From Takakia lepidozioides (Eukaryota > Plantae > Bryophyta), in NCBI GenBank assembly GCA_030704615.1, contig CM060732.1, positions 28,582,001-28,646,000 of the forward strand: 64,000 nt of DNA. Reading direction: 5' to 3'. Of this stretch, positions 48,381 through 60,569 are shown piece after piece. Each line of letters opens with the position of its first letter. The stretch's first letter is position 1. The notes under the pieces are model-generated. The model saw nothing but the letters and a program-made list of their open reading frames with translations. It was not told where the DNA came from and searched no databases. The position numbers and the translations under genes were made by a program.

Positions 48381-51364
48381 AAATTCGGCACTGCGGCGTC
48401 CCGACGGGCGGGGTGACGAGGGGCTGGTGCGGTGATTGGATGCATTTCGTTGGAGGGTGCGGGAATCTGTTCGGTCCACGAGGGAGGGAGGAAGGAAGGC
48501 AGTGGATGAAAAGTTTGGGGTGGAGAGTGACAGGAGATAAGTTGCCGGTCAAACCACGGCAGGGGTGGTGGGGCCGACGATCCGTTGGCGGGTTGCCTGC
48601 TGGTTTCTCTCCGACACATGTTGGCAGCGCGGGGGGACCCACCGCGCAAGTTGCAGCGCCTTTAATGGAGGCAATGAATGACGTGGGTGGGAGCTCGAGT
48701 CATATTTCAGGAACGTTGGGTGGACGTTCGTTGCGGAAGCGGGACAGTGTGGACAGTGGGGGTTTGAACCCGGAGTGGTGAGCAGGATCGCGGTGCCCTA
48801 ACAACCCGCAAAGGTGCCTTCTTTATATCCGCGGTAGGGCCGCGGATCTGTTTGGATTTGATGGGTGGGGCCAGCGACAAGTTGCCAAAAGCGAGGTTGC
48901 CAGAATATGATGGTGCTACCGAGCCCCAGTTGTAAGTATTGCAGAAGGAAAATTGTTGGAATCTCTTGATGGACCCATTTCAAATCAATCCAATTGTCGG
49001 CCTGCAGTTCTATCTCCTAGTCAAGCTGATTGAGACAAATATAAACTGCAGTAGCCTTTAAAATAGCTCATTTAAAAAATAAAAAATTAGAGATAGGGGT
49101 GGTAGACCCTTTAGAAATTTATTAAATATTATTGAAGGGAAAAAATCGTGCATAATTTCAATTGAATTGTCAATTTGCAATTCCATTGAAGTTTTGTGGA
49201 TCAATTAAAGTGCCCTTGCAATTTCGTTGAATTAATGCACTTGTAGTGGGTGATCAACTGAATTGTGATGCATTTCACATCAAAGCTTTTTTGGAATTCC
49301 CTAGGTGGGACCTTCATAGCAGGACCCTGAGGGTGGTATTAAATGGACACACCAATCCTATTAAAAATTGGGCATACCAGTCCAGCACGCGTCCAACGCT
49401 GGTGAGCACCCTCAGGATGAAGAGACACGGTAAGTTACGCTTCCTTCCAAAGCCCTCATCGATTTTTTTTTCCTTCACTATAATGAAATAAAAATCTACC
49501 AAGTTTGTCTCTAAGACGTTGCCAGTTTCAAGTTAACAAACCTTCAACTTGCCACGACAGTGATGATATCCTGAGCGAGTTGCATGGCACACAAGCCGGT
49601 GGTAACCTTTTACCTCTTTGCTTCCAAGCGATCCTAGCATGTCAAGGCATTCTTGCCTAGCAGTGTGGTTAAAAGGCAAGTGTGACTCGTGGCAGCGGTG
49701 ACATCATTCAACACGCACCAGTAAGCATGTAAAGTGGCTCTTACATCACGTTGATAGGGTAAATCTAAGACAGGCCACCTTGGGCAAGCTCTAACAAGAC
49801 TTTTTTTTTCAGTACAGTACTCATGTAAGACTTAGAAGTAGCAATATATTGATAAAATTAATGTCATGTCAATATATGTCCGAGCCTTCCAATTGGCCGT
49901 TCCTTGATTTGCAACTACAACCACATAATTTATTGTATGATTATGTGTGTGTGTATATATATGTATATATGAGGTCTCCCAAAGGAAGCGTATATTAGGG
50001 TGTCTCTTGACCCTGGAAGGACTCGGGTAAGTTGGCCTATGACCGAACAGGCGTCTATGACCGAACACCCCATTAACGCTTCTGTCAGTACCTATGACCA
50101 TGCAGTGCTCGTCCCAAGACAGTCCATTTTTGTCACTTGGCAAACAATCATTGATATAACCCCCCAAACGTGTGATCGGTCATAGGGCTCTTGGTGTATA
50201 CAAGCATTCTGATTGGTTCGACTTTGAAACCATACAACTGTGTGTAGGATTCATGAAATCTAATAGTTCCAAGTTTGTAGGTTGCCCCATATGTGGGACA
50301 CCTTATACACCTTATGAAAATTACCTGAGGAAAAATTGACCGAAATTCACCGTTAGATTTTTCACCATCCTTATTTGAACGGTCATAGGCCAACATACCC
50401 TAAGAGAAAACAGATTGCAAGCCTCATGGTCAAAGAAACTAGCATCAGCAACCAGATCTGCAGATAAAGACATAATACATGTGTTAAAAAATGAAGAATA
50501 GTGGCGGCCCTTGGGGCTGGACATGCCCTGACCCATATGTGCACTCACCAATTTCATATCTATACCATGTGTATAGGCCTTGTTTTTGCCCATAATACGC
50601 TTGGTATTGGACGGGTATTGCCGGTTCGGTTATAACCCTAGTATTGGAATTGCCAATACCAACCGGTTCGGTTATCAACCCTAGTATTACAATAGCCAAT
50701 ACCAGCCGGTTGGTTATTCAATACCCTGGTTGATACTCGTCCGGACCCTATATACCAGTCCAACACCTTCAGAATTACCAGGACCTGGCTGGTATTAGAA
50801 AAGTGATACCGCCCAACACTGGTGAGGATCAGTGTTGTTCTGGTATCAGGTTCCAGACACACCAGACTGGTGCTGGTACTAGTTGTATCACAAAAGTTTT
50901 ATACCAGTCTAGTCTATATAATGGTGGGTGTATTTTTTTCTAGATATTGGTACGAGTATGAGTATCATGACCACAACACCACTCATACGAGATATGAGTT
51001 ATGGTATCATTCCAAATCCATCTTGAATTGCAAGTTTATCAAATAGCAAGTATCAAGTGAAAACAAATACAATACAAATTAGAAAAATACATAAAAACAA
51101 GTATATAGCATATTTATAAATAAATTAGAATAGTACACATACCAGAGTAAATGAGGAAGACGGTGGGGGAGTACTGGTATTGTGGTTGGTATAAAAAAAT
51201 TGATACCAACATGGTCTAGTACATGACCAAATATTCTCCCAAATGATACCAGACTGGTCGGGTATCTGATACCAAAAAAGAAAAAGGGGGAACTTATGGT
51301 GTCACTTGACCCCATAGGGCTACTGCCTTCCGGTGGGAAGGTGGACACGTGGACACCGTAATGA

Positions 51365-51460
51365 CTTCAAACATGGTGGATTGAACCCACAACCACTAGT
51401 GAGAGGGTGAGAGGGTGTGTGCCCTTACCACTGGGCTAACATGTTGGTTGTCTATACCAC
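51365..51460 (-). mobile_element. tRNA-derived SINE-like head
   Basis: Minus-strand A box TAGCCCAGTGGT and B box GGTTCAATCC. No full cloverleaf. Confidence 0.45.
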
Positions 51461-51472
51461 TGCATATATTAA

Positions 51473-52235
51473 GGGCCGGTTTACACGAGCGGGCCCAAGA
51501 CCAAGCTAGAAACAAGAAATCCTATTGGCCAAGAGCCTCAAATCGGGCTCAAGCGGTTTACACGAGGGTCCGGGCCAAGACCAAGAAAATTACATGGCTG
51601 CCTAGATGGCATGATTTATGGCGCCAAATTCTTGGGCCCAGCCCAACAAAAGGAACGCTCCTCGGATGGAGACCCAACTCTTTCCTGAGCCCCAAGAAAC
51701 CTAGCATTAAAATATATTTGTTTAAGCCTATCACAGCTGTAGGATGGAAAGAGGTCACATATGGGGTTGTGCGCAGGTAGAGACTAGAGACTAGAGACTC
51801 TCGACGGCCGCCACGCGACGCAGGTGCTGCCATGTAGAATCATCGTACCTCTCTATCTCTTGGACCTTCTCTTTCCATGATGAAGTCATCAACAATCTAG
51901 CATATTGCAATCGTTTATACTAAGTTGTTGCAATGCCAAAATGGTTGTAATCATGTGCTTAAGGCCATGAAGAGGACCAAGGCCATAGGAATATTATTAC
52001 TTCTTGCTTCCATGGTTTAGGGATTCAAAGATTTGATGGGAGACATTGCGAAGCAAAGAAGAGAGAGAGTGGAGGGGGAGAGAGGCTGATATAGTGTAGG
52101 TTGGGCCTTAGGCTTGGGCCCAATAGGTTTAGACGGAGAGGGCCCAATTCCTTAAAAATTATATTTTAATCAGTTCAATCAGCCCAATTGTGGGCCCATG
52201 ATTTCTTGGGCCCGAGCCCTTGTGTAAACCGGCCT
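51473..52235. mobile_element. PIF/Harbinger (Tourist-like) MITE
   Basis: TAA|GGGCCGGTTTACAC ... GTGTAAACCGGCCT|TAA. Confidence 0.85.
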
Positions 52236-52238
52236 TAA

Positions 52239-54295
52239 GGGTTACCTTCCATGTGACCGTTCTCCTGTTGTGATGATGTCACACGAATGGAGAACGGGTC
52301 CATGCACCCTTTTCCATGCACTTCCATGGATGTCGAGACCCGTGCAGGGCCTGGCCGGGTCCCGTGGAGTGGAGGCCTCACTTTTGAGGAGTTGGGCGTA
52401 GGGTGGAGTGGAGGCCTCACTTTTGAGGAGTTGGGCGTAGGGTCCCGTTCTCCATGGTTGACCTATACTAGCGAGTCTTTTTCTTCCCATGACTTGCTAA
52501 ATAGGTCACCTTCCTAGGAAGCAGATTTTCTTTTTGTCACACATGTGCAAAAATGCCGGTGGAACCCACCGAACGGGTTTAGAGCGTCCTTCCATGTGGG
52601 AGGAGCTCGGCCCGCAGAAAATGAAATTTGCTGGGTGCTAAAAAAAGATGGCTGGGTTCATTCAAGAATTTCCAATGTCATGTGGAGCTCGGCGGCCGAG
52701 TAATAGATTTGGACTTTAGCATGACGTGGTAAAGGGTACTGCAGGTAAGAGTGACCTTAGCAAGGACGTGGTAGGCAAATACATGCTGCAATCAATTCGC
52801 GGTACTCGGCGACGAGCTCCCTTCCCATTTTATGGGGCTGGGCTACCGACACGGGAACTCGTCCGCCGGGCCCCACCGCCCCATGCATGGAAGCGAAAAT
52901 CGTACCCGGCCATTTTTATCCGTTTCCTCCCTGAAACGGTGGGCTGGGTACATGGAAGGCTCCTCTTCGTTCTACGGTGGTGCATGGAAATGGGTGTGAC
53001 CCCTGGTCAATGGATATGACCAGTGTTGTGCGGGTAAATAGATTTTTGGTTACCCTCCGGGTAAGGGTAAATAAAAATCAGAGGTTTACTTATCCTCCGG
53101 GTAAGGATAAATTATCTATATGTCCATTTATTTATCCTACGAGTAAGGGTAAATTATTTATTTGTCATTTATTTATCCTACGGGTAAAGGGTAAAGGCCA
53201 ATATTTTTGACCGGGTAAGGATAAATTCCGGGTAAACATAAATGATTTATCCTTTTTATACCCGCTGGATTAATAAAGGATATATTGAAGGATATATATA
53301 TTTTTTAGTTTGTTATGCTCAACTCAAAAAATATAAATAACTAATTAAGGTAATCAAGTTATGGTCTATTTTTTGGTTTAGTATAAGGCTCATCGTATCA
53401 TATGTTGTGAATAATATGAGGGCGAAGAAATATATATATATGAGGATGATCAGAGCGGGTGTCTTCACACCAAAGATAAAAATAAAATAAAGCCAAATAA
53501 AACCATGTACTTGTCCACGAAACTAGTGCCTCCAAGAAATCCGGATAAAGATAATAATGAAACAAAGGGAAGAATTGATTCAATTGTGATGGCATTTTCC
53601 ATTTGTAAGGTAATGAAGTGAGGCAAAATCCTTAGGCTATGGTTGGTAGCTTAAAATAAGATAAATAATTACCACTGTAACAAAAATGCCAGGACGAAAT
53701 AGAACAATTTGTTCTGGATGAGATGGTCCATAATGGAGCCTGCCCTGGGAGTGTCATTCCCTGTCAAGGTCAGTAGAGTTTCCAGTAAAACTGTAGCTGA
53801 ATCGCTTGCTGTCGTTGGCAAATGGGCAGGCCTTATCAGCTCTGATTTCAGGGTTACACACACATAGAGATCACGCACAAGAGTGGGACACACAGAGTAT
53901 CACTTGGATTTCTCAAGAAGCTTTAAGATTTAAGTCTCAACATTTATATGGCAACATGGTCTTCATAGACCAATAAGGGTGCAACTCCTATCTTTAGTTT
54001 TTCATTTACCTTTTGCTATTTACCCTCCAAAATATTTATTTACCCGTGGGTAAAGGGTATATGGAAACTATTTACGCTTCAGATGGGTAAGGGTATCTCA
54101 TATTATTTACCTGTCTGAAGGGTAAGGGTAAATGAAATGGGCCAATCCGGGTAATTCATTTACCCTTACCCTGATTTACCCGTCGGGTAAATCCGAGTAA
54201 ATGATTTACCCGCACAATACTAGATATGACCCGTGGTCAAACCCATTTTTGGATGACATCATGTAACCGGAATGGGTTTACATGGAAGATAACCC
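52239..54295. mobile_element. Second PIF/Harbinger-like non-autonomous element, abutting the first
   Basis: TAA|GGGTTACCTTCCATGT ... ACATGGAAGATAACCC|TAA. Confidence 0.8.
53021..54222. mobile_element. hAT-type non-autonomous element nested in the Harbinger-like element
   Basis: TIR CAGTGTTGTGCGGGTAAAT / ATTTACCCGCACAATACTA. 8-bp TSD GATATGAC. CGGGTAA subterminal repeats. Confidence 0.9.
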
Positions 54296-55737
54296 TAATA
54301 TTTTATACCAATCCTTCACCTATATACCATAACAATACTAGTGAGCACCTCCTTATATAGCCTTGGGAGGTGGCGGGCCTTCCCCAGCCAGGCGGTGGTG
54401 GAGCCCTCCAGAAGACCCCACATGTGTCCTACCACACACTATTTGACACGTGTCTAGTAATTGCTCCCCCCAAAAACTCTAATGTGAGCCCACCATTGGC
54501 TGTTCCAATGGTGCGCCTATTATTTAACCTTTCATAAATAAAACATTGTGTCCCCCCTCGTTCTAGGTGTCCCCCCGGCCCAGACCCACCGGTCCATTCA
54601 TGAAGCCCCACTCATCTGCCTGTCCTTCCCCTCCTTTTCCACCCGCCCCTCCACTTGGTCATGCCATCTTCTTACTGGCTGAATTTTCTTGAAATGAAAC
54701 TTGGGCTACATATTACATATTAAATTGAATTAATACAATAAAAGATTGAAGGGGTGGACAGGGTTGTGATTTGTGACCACTTTGCAGTGCCCTTTTACTG
54801 GGATCTCTGATTTTGAGCCTTGTTGTGTTATTTACGCATTCTCTGCTCCCTTGTTTGGGGTGCTTGTTTGGTTTCCATTTATGAGGTTTCTGCAACACTG
54901 TGGATGCCTTATGGTTTCACCTAAGGTTTTAGTTTTTCCTTCCTAATAATCCCAAATAAAGTTCACTGTCAGGGCAACGCGGGCCCTTCCTTCCAACCAA
55001 AAAAGAAAGTAAAATTTGCATCCAATAGCCAATTACTAATTTTTTTCTCTCAATGTACCCGAGCATATCTGACATATATTTCCCAAATGTTTCAATACTT
55101 GTTTTAATTGACCGTGGCAAAGGATCCCAATGAAGTGGGGATGGAAGTCATCAAACTTCTTAAAATCTTAGTCTCATTTAACTTTGGCAAGGTCTCATTG
55201 CACCCACAAGCCACTCTCTCTTCAATGGCATCCATCAGGACTTCCATTTGTGGGAACTGGCCAAAAAGTTTGGAACCATCAAGGAAACGTTTGTAATTGT
55301 GGGTACTGGGTCCAGCCTGCATACCCACAGTAGCTCTACGTGTTTTGGGAGTTTGAGAAGGGCACAATGGCGCAGGAGCTTTGTTTGCAGCATCAGTTCA
55401 AATCTAATCGGCCCAAGGCTTCTATCCATAGCTGAGAGTCAACTTGCTTCTTCAACGACTTTGTTCTCTCTTTTACTTTTCTCCTCTCACAAGACCTCGA
55501 TGTGCAAATTTAAGTGGGATCTATCCAAGTGTCTTGCAGTGAGACAAGGAGAAACTATGTGGGGGTTGAGGCAAGTCCTGACAATGGATGAAAATCAGAC
55601 ATGACAACACCTTCGCACAATTTGTCGCGCACTTTCCTTTTTCACATGCATCATGCTTTCCTTGTCCCATAAGCTCTTTGAGCTTCCAGTGTTCATTATA
55701 AAGTTTCTTTCTCCCCTTCTTTCACCTGTGTTTCTTT

Positions 55738-58278
55738 TCACCAGTAATCCCCACAAGAACAAAGCCCATCTTGGAAGTGATGAAACCGGTTGGCATCTCG
55801 TAAAACAATTGCTCGCCCAACAATCTTTGAGATGAACTTGGTCGCCGTGTGACAATCACCACAAACCCGAAGGTTCTTGATGACCTGGAGAGGCATCCCA
55901 GAGTGTGTGCTAATGAGGCCAAAAGCAATGGCCAGTTTCTCACTGTGGTGGCAAAGAGAAATTTCCTTTTGGTCTTCCTCCACATCATGCAATACAAAGC
56001 TCGTATCAGGCACATATCCAGCCTCCTTCATCTGTCCAGACAATCTCCTCAGCTCAACATGGATTTCCTCAATTCGTGGATGCCATTTGTCTTCTACGAC
56101 AAATGTATGCACCTGGTTGTTCACCTCAATGCAGCTGCGCCCTGGCTCCTTTCTGACACCTCTGCCTTCCATCATCTGCCTCACCTTTGCTTGGTCATCC
56201 CACCTGCCAGCAGCAGCATAGATGTTGGAAAGCAGCACATAAGTTGGAGCGTCTTTTTTATCCCACTTGAGAATGCACGTTGCTGCACGTTCTGCTAGCT
56301 CTACATTACAATGGATTCTGCAGGCACCAAGCAAGGCCTTCCACACTCCAGCACCTGGTTCAATTGGAATTTTGTAAATGAAGGCCTCTGCCTCATAGAC
56401 TAGTCCTGCACGACCAAGAAGGTCCACCATGCAGCCAAAATGCTCCAGAGTAGGAGTGAGGGCATGTTCTTGACTCATAGAATTGAAGTAATGAAAGCCT
56501 TCATCCACTAGACCCACATGGCGACATGCGCTGAGAACTGATACAAATGTGATACCATTTGGCTTCAAGCCTTCCTGCTGCATTTTTTCAAACAGTTGCA
56601 GAGCCTCCCTACCTAACCCATGCTGAGCATATCCTGTGATCATGGCACTCCATGAGACAACATTTTGGTGTGCCATATTGTCGAACACTCTACATGCATC
56701 CTTCATGCTCCCACATTTGGCATACATGTCCACCAGAGCAGTCTCCAGAATGACATCTTGTGCAAGTCCGGCGTTGAAGATGTCCGCATGGACCTCTTTG
56801 CCCTTTTCCAGGGCTGCCAGGTCAGCACACGCATGTAGAACACAAATGAATGTGACCTTGTTTGGCATCACCCCTTCTGGTAACATTTGCTTATAAATCT
56901 CAAAAGCCTCCCTACCAAACCCATGCTGAGCATATCCTGCCACGATCGCACTCCAGGAGACTACGTTTCGCTGTTCCATACTGTCAAATATTTGACGGGC
57001 ATCCTTCAAGCTCCCGCATTTGGCATACATGTCAACAAGGGCCGTCTCCAAAATAACATCTTGCTCAATCCCAGCTTTCATCAGATCTGCATGGACCTCT
57101 TTGCCTTTTTCCAGGCTTGCCAGGCTGGCACATGCATTGAGAACGGAAATGAATGTGACTTTGTCAGGGGTCACCCCCTCCACTATCATTTGCTCATAGA
57201 CCTTGAAAGCCTCCCTACCACCCCCATGCTGGGCATACCCCACAATCATCACATTCCATGAGACCACATTTCTTTTAGTCATATCGTCGAATACCAGACG
57301 GGCATCCTCCATGCTCCCACATTTCGCGTACATGTCAGCAAGGGCAGTCTCCAGAATAAAATCAGGTGCAATTCCAGCATTCATGATGTCAGCATGGACC
57401 TGTTGGCCCTTTCCCAGGGCTGCCGTGCTAGCACACGCATCGAGAATGCAAACATATGTAACTTGATTGGGCATCACCCCTTCTTGCATCATTTGCTTAT
57501 AGGCCTCAAAAGCTTCCCTAACACACCCATGCTGAGCATATCCTGCAATCATCACACTCCATGAGACCACATCTCGATTAGCCATATTGTCAAACAGTTG
57601 GCGTGCATCCCTTATGCTTCCGCATTTGGCATACATGTCGACAAGGGTATTCTCCAGAATGATATCTGACACAATTCCAGCTTTGATAATGTCAGTATGA
57701 ACCTTTACGCCCTTCTCCAGGGCTGCCTGGCTGACACATGCCTTGAGAACACATATGAATGTAACCCTGTCCGGTGTCACCCCTTCCCCAATCATTTGCC
57801 CGTACATCTCCAAGGCCTCCTTACCATACCCATGCTTGGCATACCCTGCTATCATTATATTCCACGAGAACCTATCTCGCTTAGGAATCCCGTCAAACAC
57901 TTGGCGGGCATCTACCACACTCCCGCACTTGGCATACATATTGACAAGGGCATTGAGTAGGAAGATGGTTGGCTTGCATCCAGTTTGGATTATGTGTGCA
58001 TGCACCTTCTTTCCCTCTATTAGGCTTCGTATGTTGATGCACTCCTGCAAGAGACAGACATACGTTTTGGAGTCTGCTGAAATGCCTTGCTGGTTTAAAA
58101 CGTGCAGGGCTTCTGTCAACTGTCCTGCCATACATAGAGTGCTGATATTACCACATTCTGCTTGAGCTTGTCTCGTGGAAGCTAGCTTATCTTTCACCCA
58201 AGGAGGGTTTGACCAACCTTCGATCCAAAGGGCATCCTTTGTCCACTTATGTCGGAAGTCTGGTAATCTTGGACTTCT
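55738..58278 (-). CDS. PLS-class PPR protein with E1/E2/DYW deaminase domain (C-to-U organellar RNA editing factor type); exon begins with the second half of a PDF motif
   Basis: Uninterrupted frame RSPRLPDFRHK...WVKDKL, about five PLS triplets, E domains, PG box KEPGRSCIEV, HSEKLA...CGDCH and terminal DYW. Acceptor cacag|AGA at 58278. Confidence 0.92.
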   Translation of the reverse strand, partial: RSPRLPDFRHKWTKDALWIEGWSNPPWVKDKLASTRQAQAECGNISTLCMAGQLTEALHVLNQQGISADSKTYVCLLQECINIRSLIEGKKVHAHIIQTGCKPTIFLLNALVNMYAKCGSVVDARQVFDGIPKRDRFSWNIMIAGYAKHGYGKEALEMYGQMIGEGVTPDRVTFICVLKACVSQAALEKGVKVHTDIIKAGIVSDIILENTLVDMYAKCGSIRDARQLFDNMANRDVVSWSVMIAGYAQHGCVREAFEAYKQMMQEGVMPNQVTYVCILDACASTAALGKGQQVHADIMNAGIAPDFILETALADMYAKCGSMEDARLVFDDMTKRNVVSWNVMIVGYAQHGGGREAFKVYEQMIVEGVTPDKVTFISVLNACASLASLEKGKEVHADLMKAGIEQDVILETALVDMYAKCGSLKDARQIFDSMEQRNVVSWSAIVAGYAQHGFGREAFEIYKQMLPEGVMPNKVTFICVLHACADLAALEKGKEVHADIFNAGLAQDVILETALVDMYAKCGSMKDACRVFDNMAHQNVVSWSAMITGYAQHGLGREALQLFEKMQQEGLKPNGITFVSVLSACRHVGLVDEGFHYFNSMSQEHALTPTLEHFGCMVDLLGRAGLVYEAEAFIYKIPIEPGAGVWKALLGACRIHCNVELAERAATCILKWDKKDAPTYVLLSNIYAAAGRWDDQAKVRQMMEGRGVRKEPGRSCIEVNNQVHTFVVEDKWHPRIEEIHVELRRLSGQMKEAGYVPDTSFVLHDVEEDQKEISLCHHSEKLAIAFGLISTHSGMPLQVIKNLRVCGDCHTATKFISKIVGRAIVLRDANRFHHFQDGLCSCGDYW

Positions 58279-58571
58279 CTGTGAAACCCACTACTGGGCA
58301 GCTGAGCTCAATTGCTTGAATGACGGACTCACATAACCAAGCTACAACCACCTAAGCTCCAATCATTTTTAAAATACCTGCGACTAACCTTGAGGAACTT
58401 GTATGCCCTGCTAACAAGGAAAAACAAACTACTGATTGTAAAGTATTACCACTATTTGCTATTTTTTCCAGTCACTACTGTAAGCTTCTGGAGATAGAAG
58501 CCACTCAATATCATTCTGTCACAAGCCCTACTTGGCAAACTCTGTCAGGCCCTAAACCAAAGTAGCCTCAC

Positions 58572-58630
58572 CTTATCAACTTATCCCACCAAAGCTAAGG
58601 ATCTGAGAAGAATTCCTGCCAGAGCTGATC
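58572..58630 (-). pseudogene. Upstream exon remnant with the first half of the PDF motif, disabled
   Basis: DQLWQEFFSDP*LWWD followed by a GTGAGG donor. TAG at 58595-58597 and an apparent small deletion. Confidence 0.7.
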
Positions 58631-59744
58631 TTGGCACAATGTTTGGCCTGCATGCTAAGACCACTTAAACATAGAGGTGATGTCAGGGTTGGTGAAGACG
58701 TTTTGGGACTGAAATTTTCCAAACTGGGGGTACTTCAAGTTCACAGCTCATTGGTTCTCTTAACTCCAAATAAAAATCACAGGCAATCATGAAATTTGCA
58801 GCGACTAAGAGAAAAATGTAAAGATTTACATCTATTACTTGGGAATGCATATTTTACTATCACATACATAATGGGCTACATATGCTCAGTTGCAGTTAAG
58901 GAAGAATATCAGAAATTTCCACTGGGTATTATTATTCACATGCTTGCTGGCTGCAAGGAGAGCTGTAATCCTGAGAGAGAGAGGGAGAGAGAGCGAGAGA
59001 GAGATAACCAGACTTCAGCTTTTCTGTCTGCTGTCCGGCTATGGTGTGCTTCGTATATGTGGATGTTTATCAGTTATTTTAATCCTGTGCTACATGACAC
59101 AGTGAGCAACATTTGATGCGACCTTTCTCTCACACCCAGTACAATCTTCAGTGCCCTGGTCGTGGGCTCTCAAACCCTTAAAAGGTCAGAGGTCAAGTTC
59201 CTGCAAAATGAAGTACAGAGAGAACCGCTGGTTGCCACGTGAAACCAGAGAAACCTTAAGATCATTCCAGGATTGGCCAATTTTCTCTGTTCTTCGGGAT
59301 GTTTTAACGAGATCAGCCTGATAGTAGGGCCCGCGGAAGAGGGTCGTATCTACACGAGAATACCGATAGGAAGGTGAAGCACCTGAGCGTGGCCATTGGT
59401 GGGGCTAACATCAACCTCGTGTTTCGTCTTAGCCCCAAACAGCAGGTCCAGCCCACCTCTACACACAAACAAGTACCCACAATTTTGTCAGATTGAGAGA
59501 CACCAGTACCAGCGCCAGAACAAGAGCGCCAGAAGACAGAAAACTTCACTTGGACTTAGCTCAAACAATCACTCGAGGAGGGTAAAAGAGAGTAAAGAGA
59601 CAAACCGAAATTCCAAAGTCAGCTGCATCTCTTCCAGCTCCCCCTTCTCCCTCCTCTGCCGGCTCTTGTGAGGACTGCGCCTGGAATCGTCAGAAGACGA
59701 TGCCTTCCCTCTACCAATCTCCACTGACAACCCACAAAATCCGC

Positions 59745-59975
59745 AGCTGAGCATATCCCGTGATCATGGCGTTCCAAGAGACCACATCTTGTTGAGTTAC
59801 ATTGTCAAACACTTTGCGCGCTTCTACATTTAGCATGCGAGCTGTCTCCAGAATGATATCTGACCCAATTCTAGCTTTGATGATGTTAGCATGTACCTCT
59901 GTGCCCTTCTCAAGAGCTTGGAGGCTCTCACACGCACGAAGAACGCAGAAAAATACCCTCTTGTTTGAGGTGAGC
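59745..59975 (-). pseudogene. Isolated degenerate PPR (L-S-P) fragment
   Basis: CVLRACESLQALEKGTEVHANIIKARIGSDIILETA..RKVFDNVTQQDVVSWNAMITGYAQ. Confidence 0.8.
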
Positions 59976-60569
59976 CCTTGGTGTGCTGAATCACCTCCTT
60001 GGTTCACAATGCGCAGCGCCCCTTCAGGCCATTCAAGAAAGCTTCGGGTCAAGAAAGGTTCTGGGTTTTCGGGCAGGTCCGACGAAAATTGATGACGACG
60101 AAACGTGGCGACGATGACGTGGCACTATGGCACCCTATTCCTGCTCTACGCTAAACTAGCTTCCGACCTTCGGTCATCGCTAGAATCTGGTACAGTAGAT
60201 AGAGCAAGTTCATGCAGGGAGGCACCGCCGAATTACTTAAAATCTCTTCGTTGCAGTGTCGTAAAATCTAGAAATTTCCTTAAGTTGCGCCGAAGTATTT
60301 TGTTGTAAAGAAAATAAATATTCGGCACTTCACTGCCGGATCAGCCTTCCCACTACCGTAAACTCAAATAGAGATTTTTTGAATGTTGTGGTGGACTGGA
60401 TGAAAAAGTTCCTTATAAATGAAAAAAGTGGCAGCAGAGGAGGACGAAAAGGTGGTTGCGGAGAGGGATGAAACAACAAAAAAGTGGCATAAGTACTAAA
60501 TATTGGATGTTTTATGCATAGTTTCATTTATTTTTGGACAGAGACACGTGTCGCAATGGATGATGAAAT

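Noticed and set aside
47539-48781. Multiple overlapping Arg/Pro/Ala-rich ORFs
   Set aside because: Expected from very high GC content; no domain signal.
54900-55700. Fragmentary minus-strand ORFs downstream of the PPR-DYW gene
   Set aside because: Possibly a decayed gene, but no motif I can assign.
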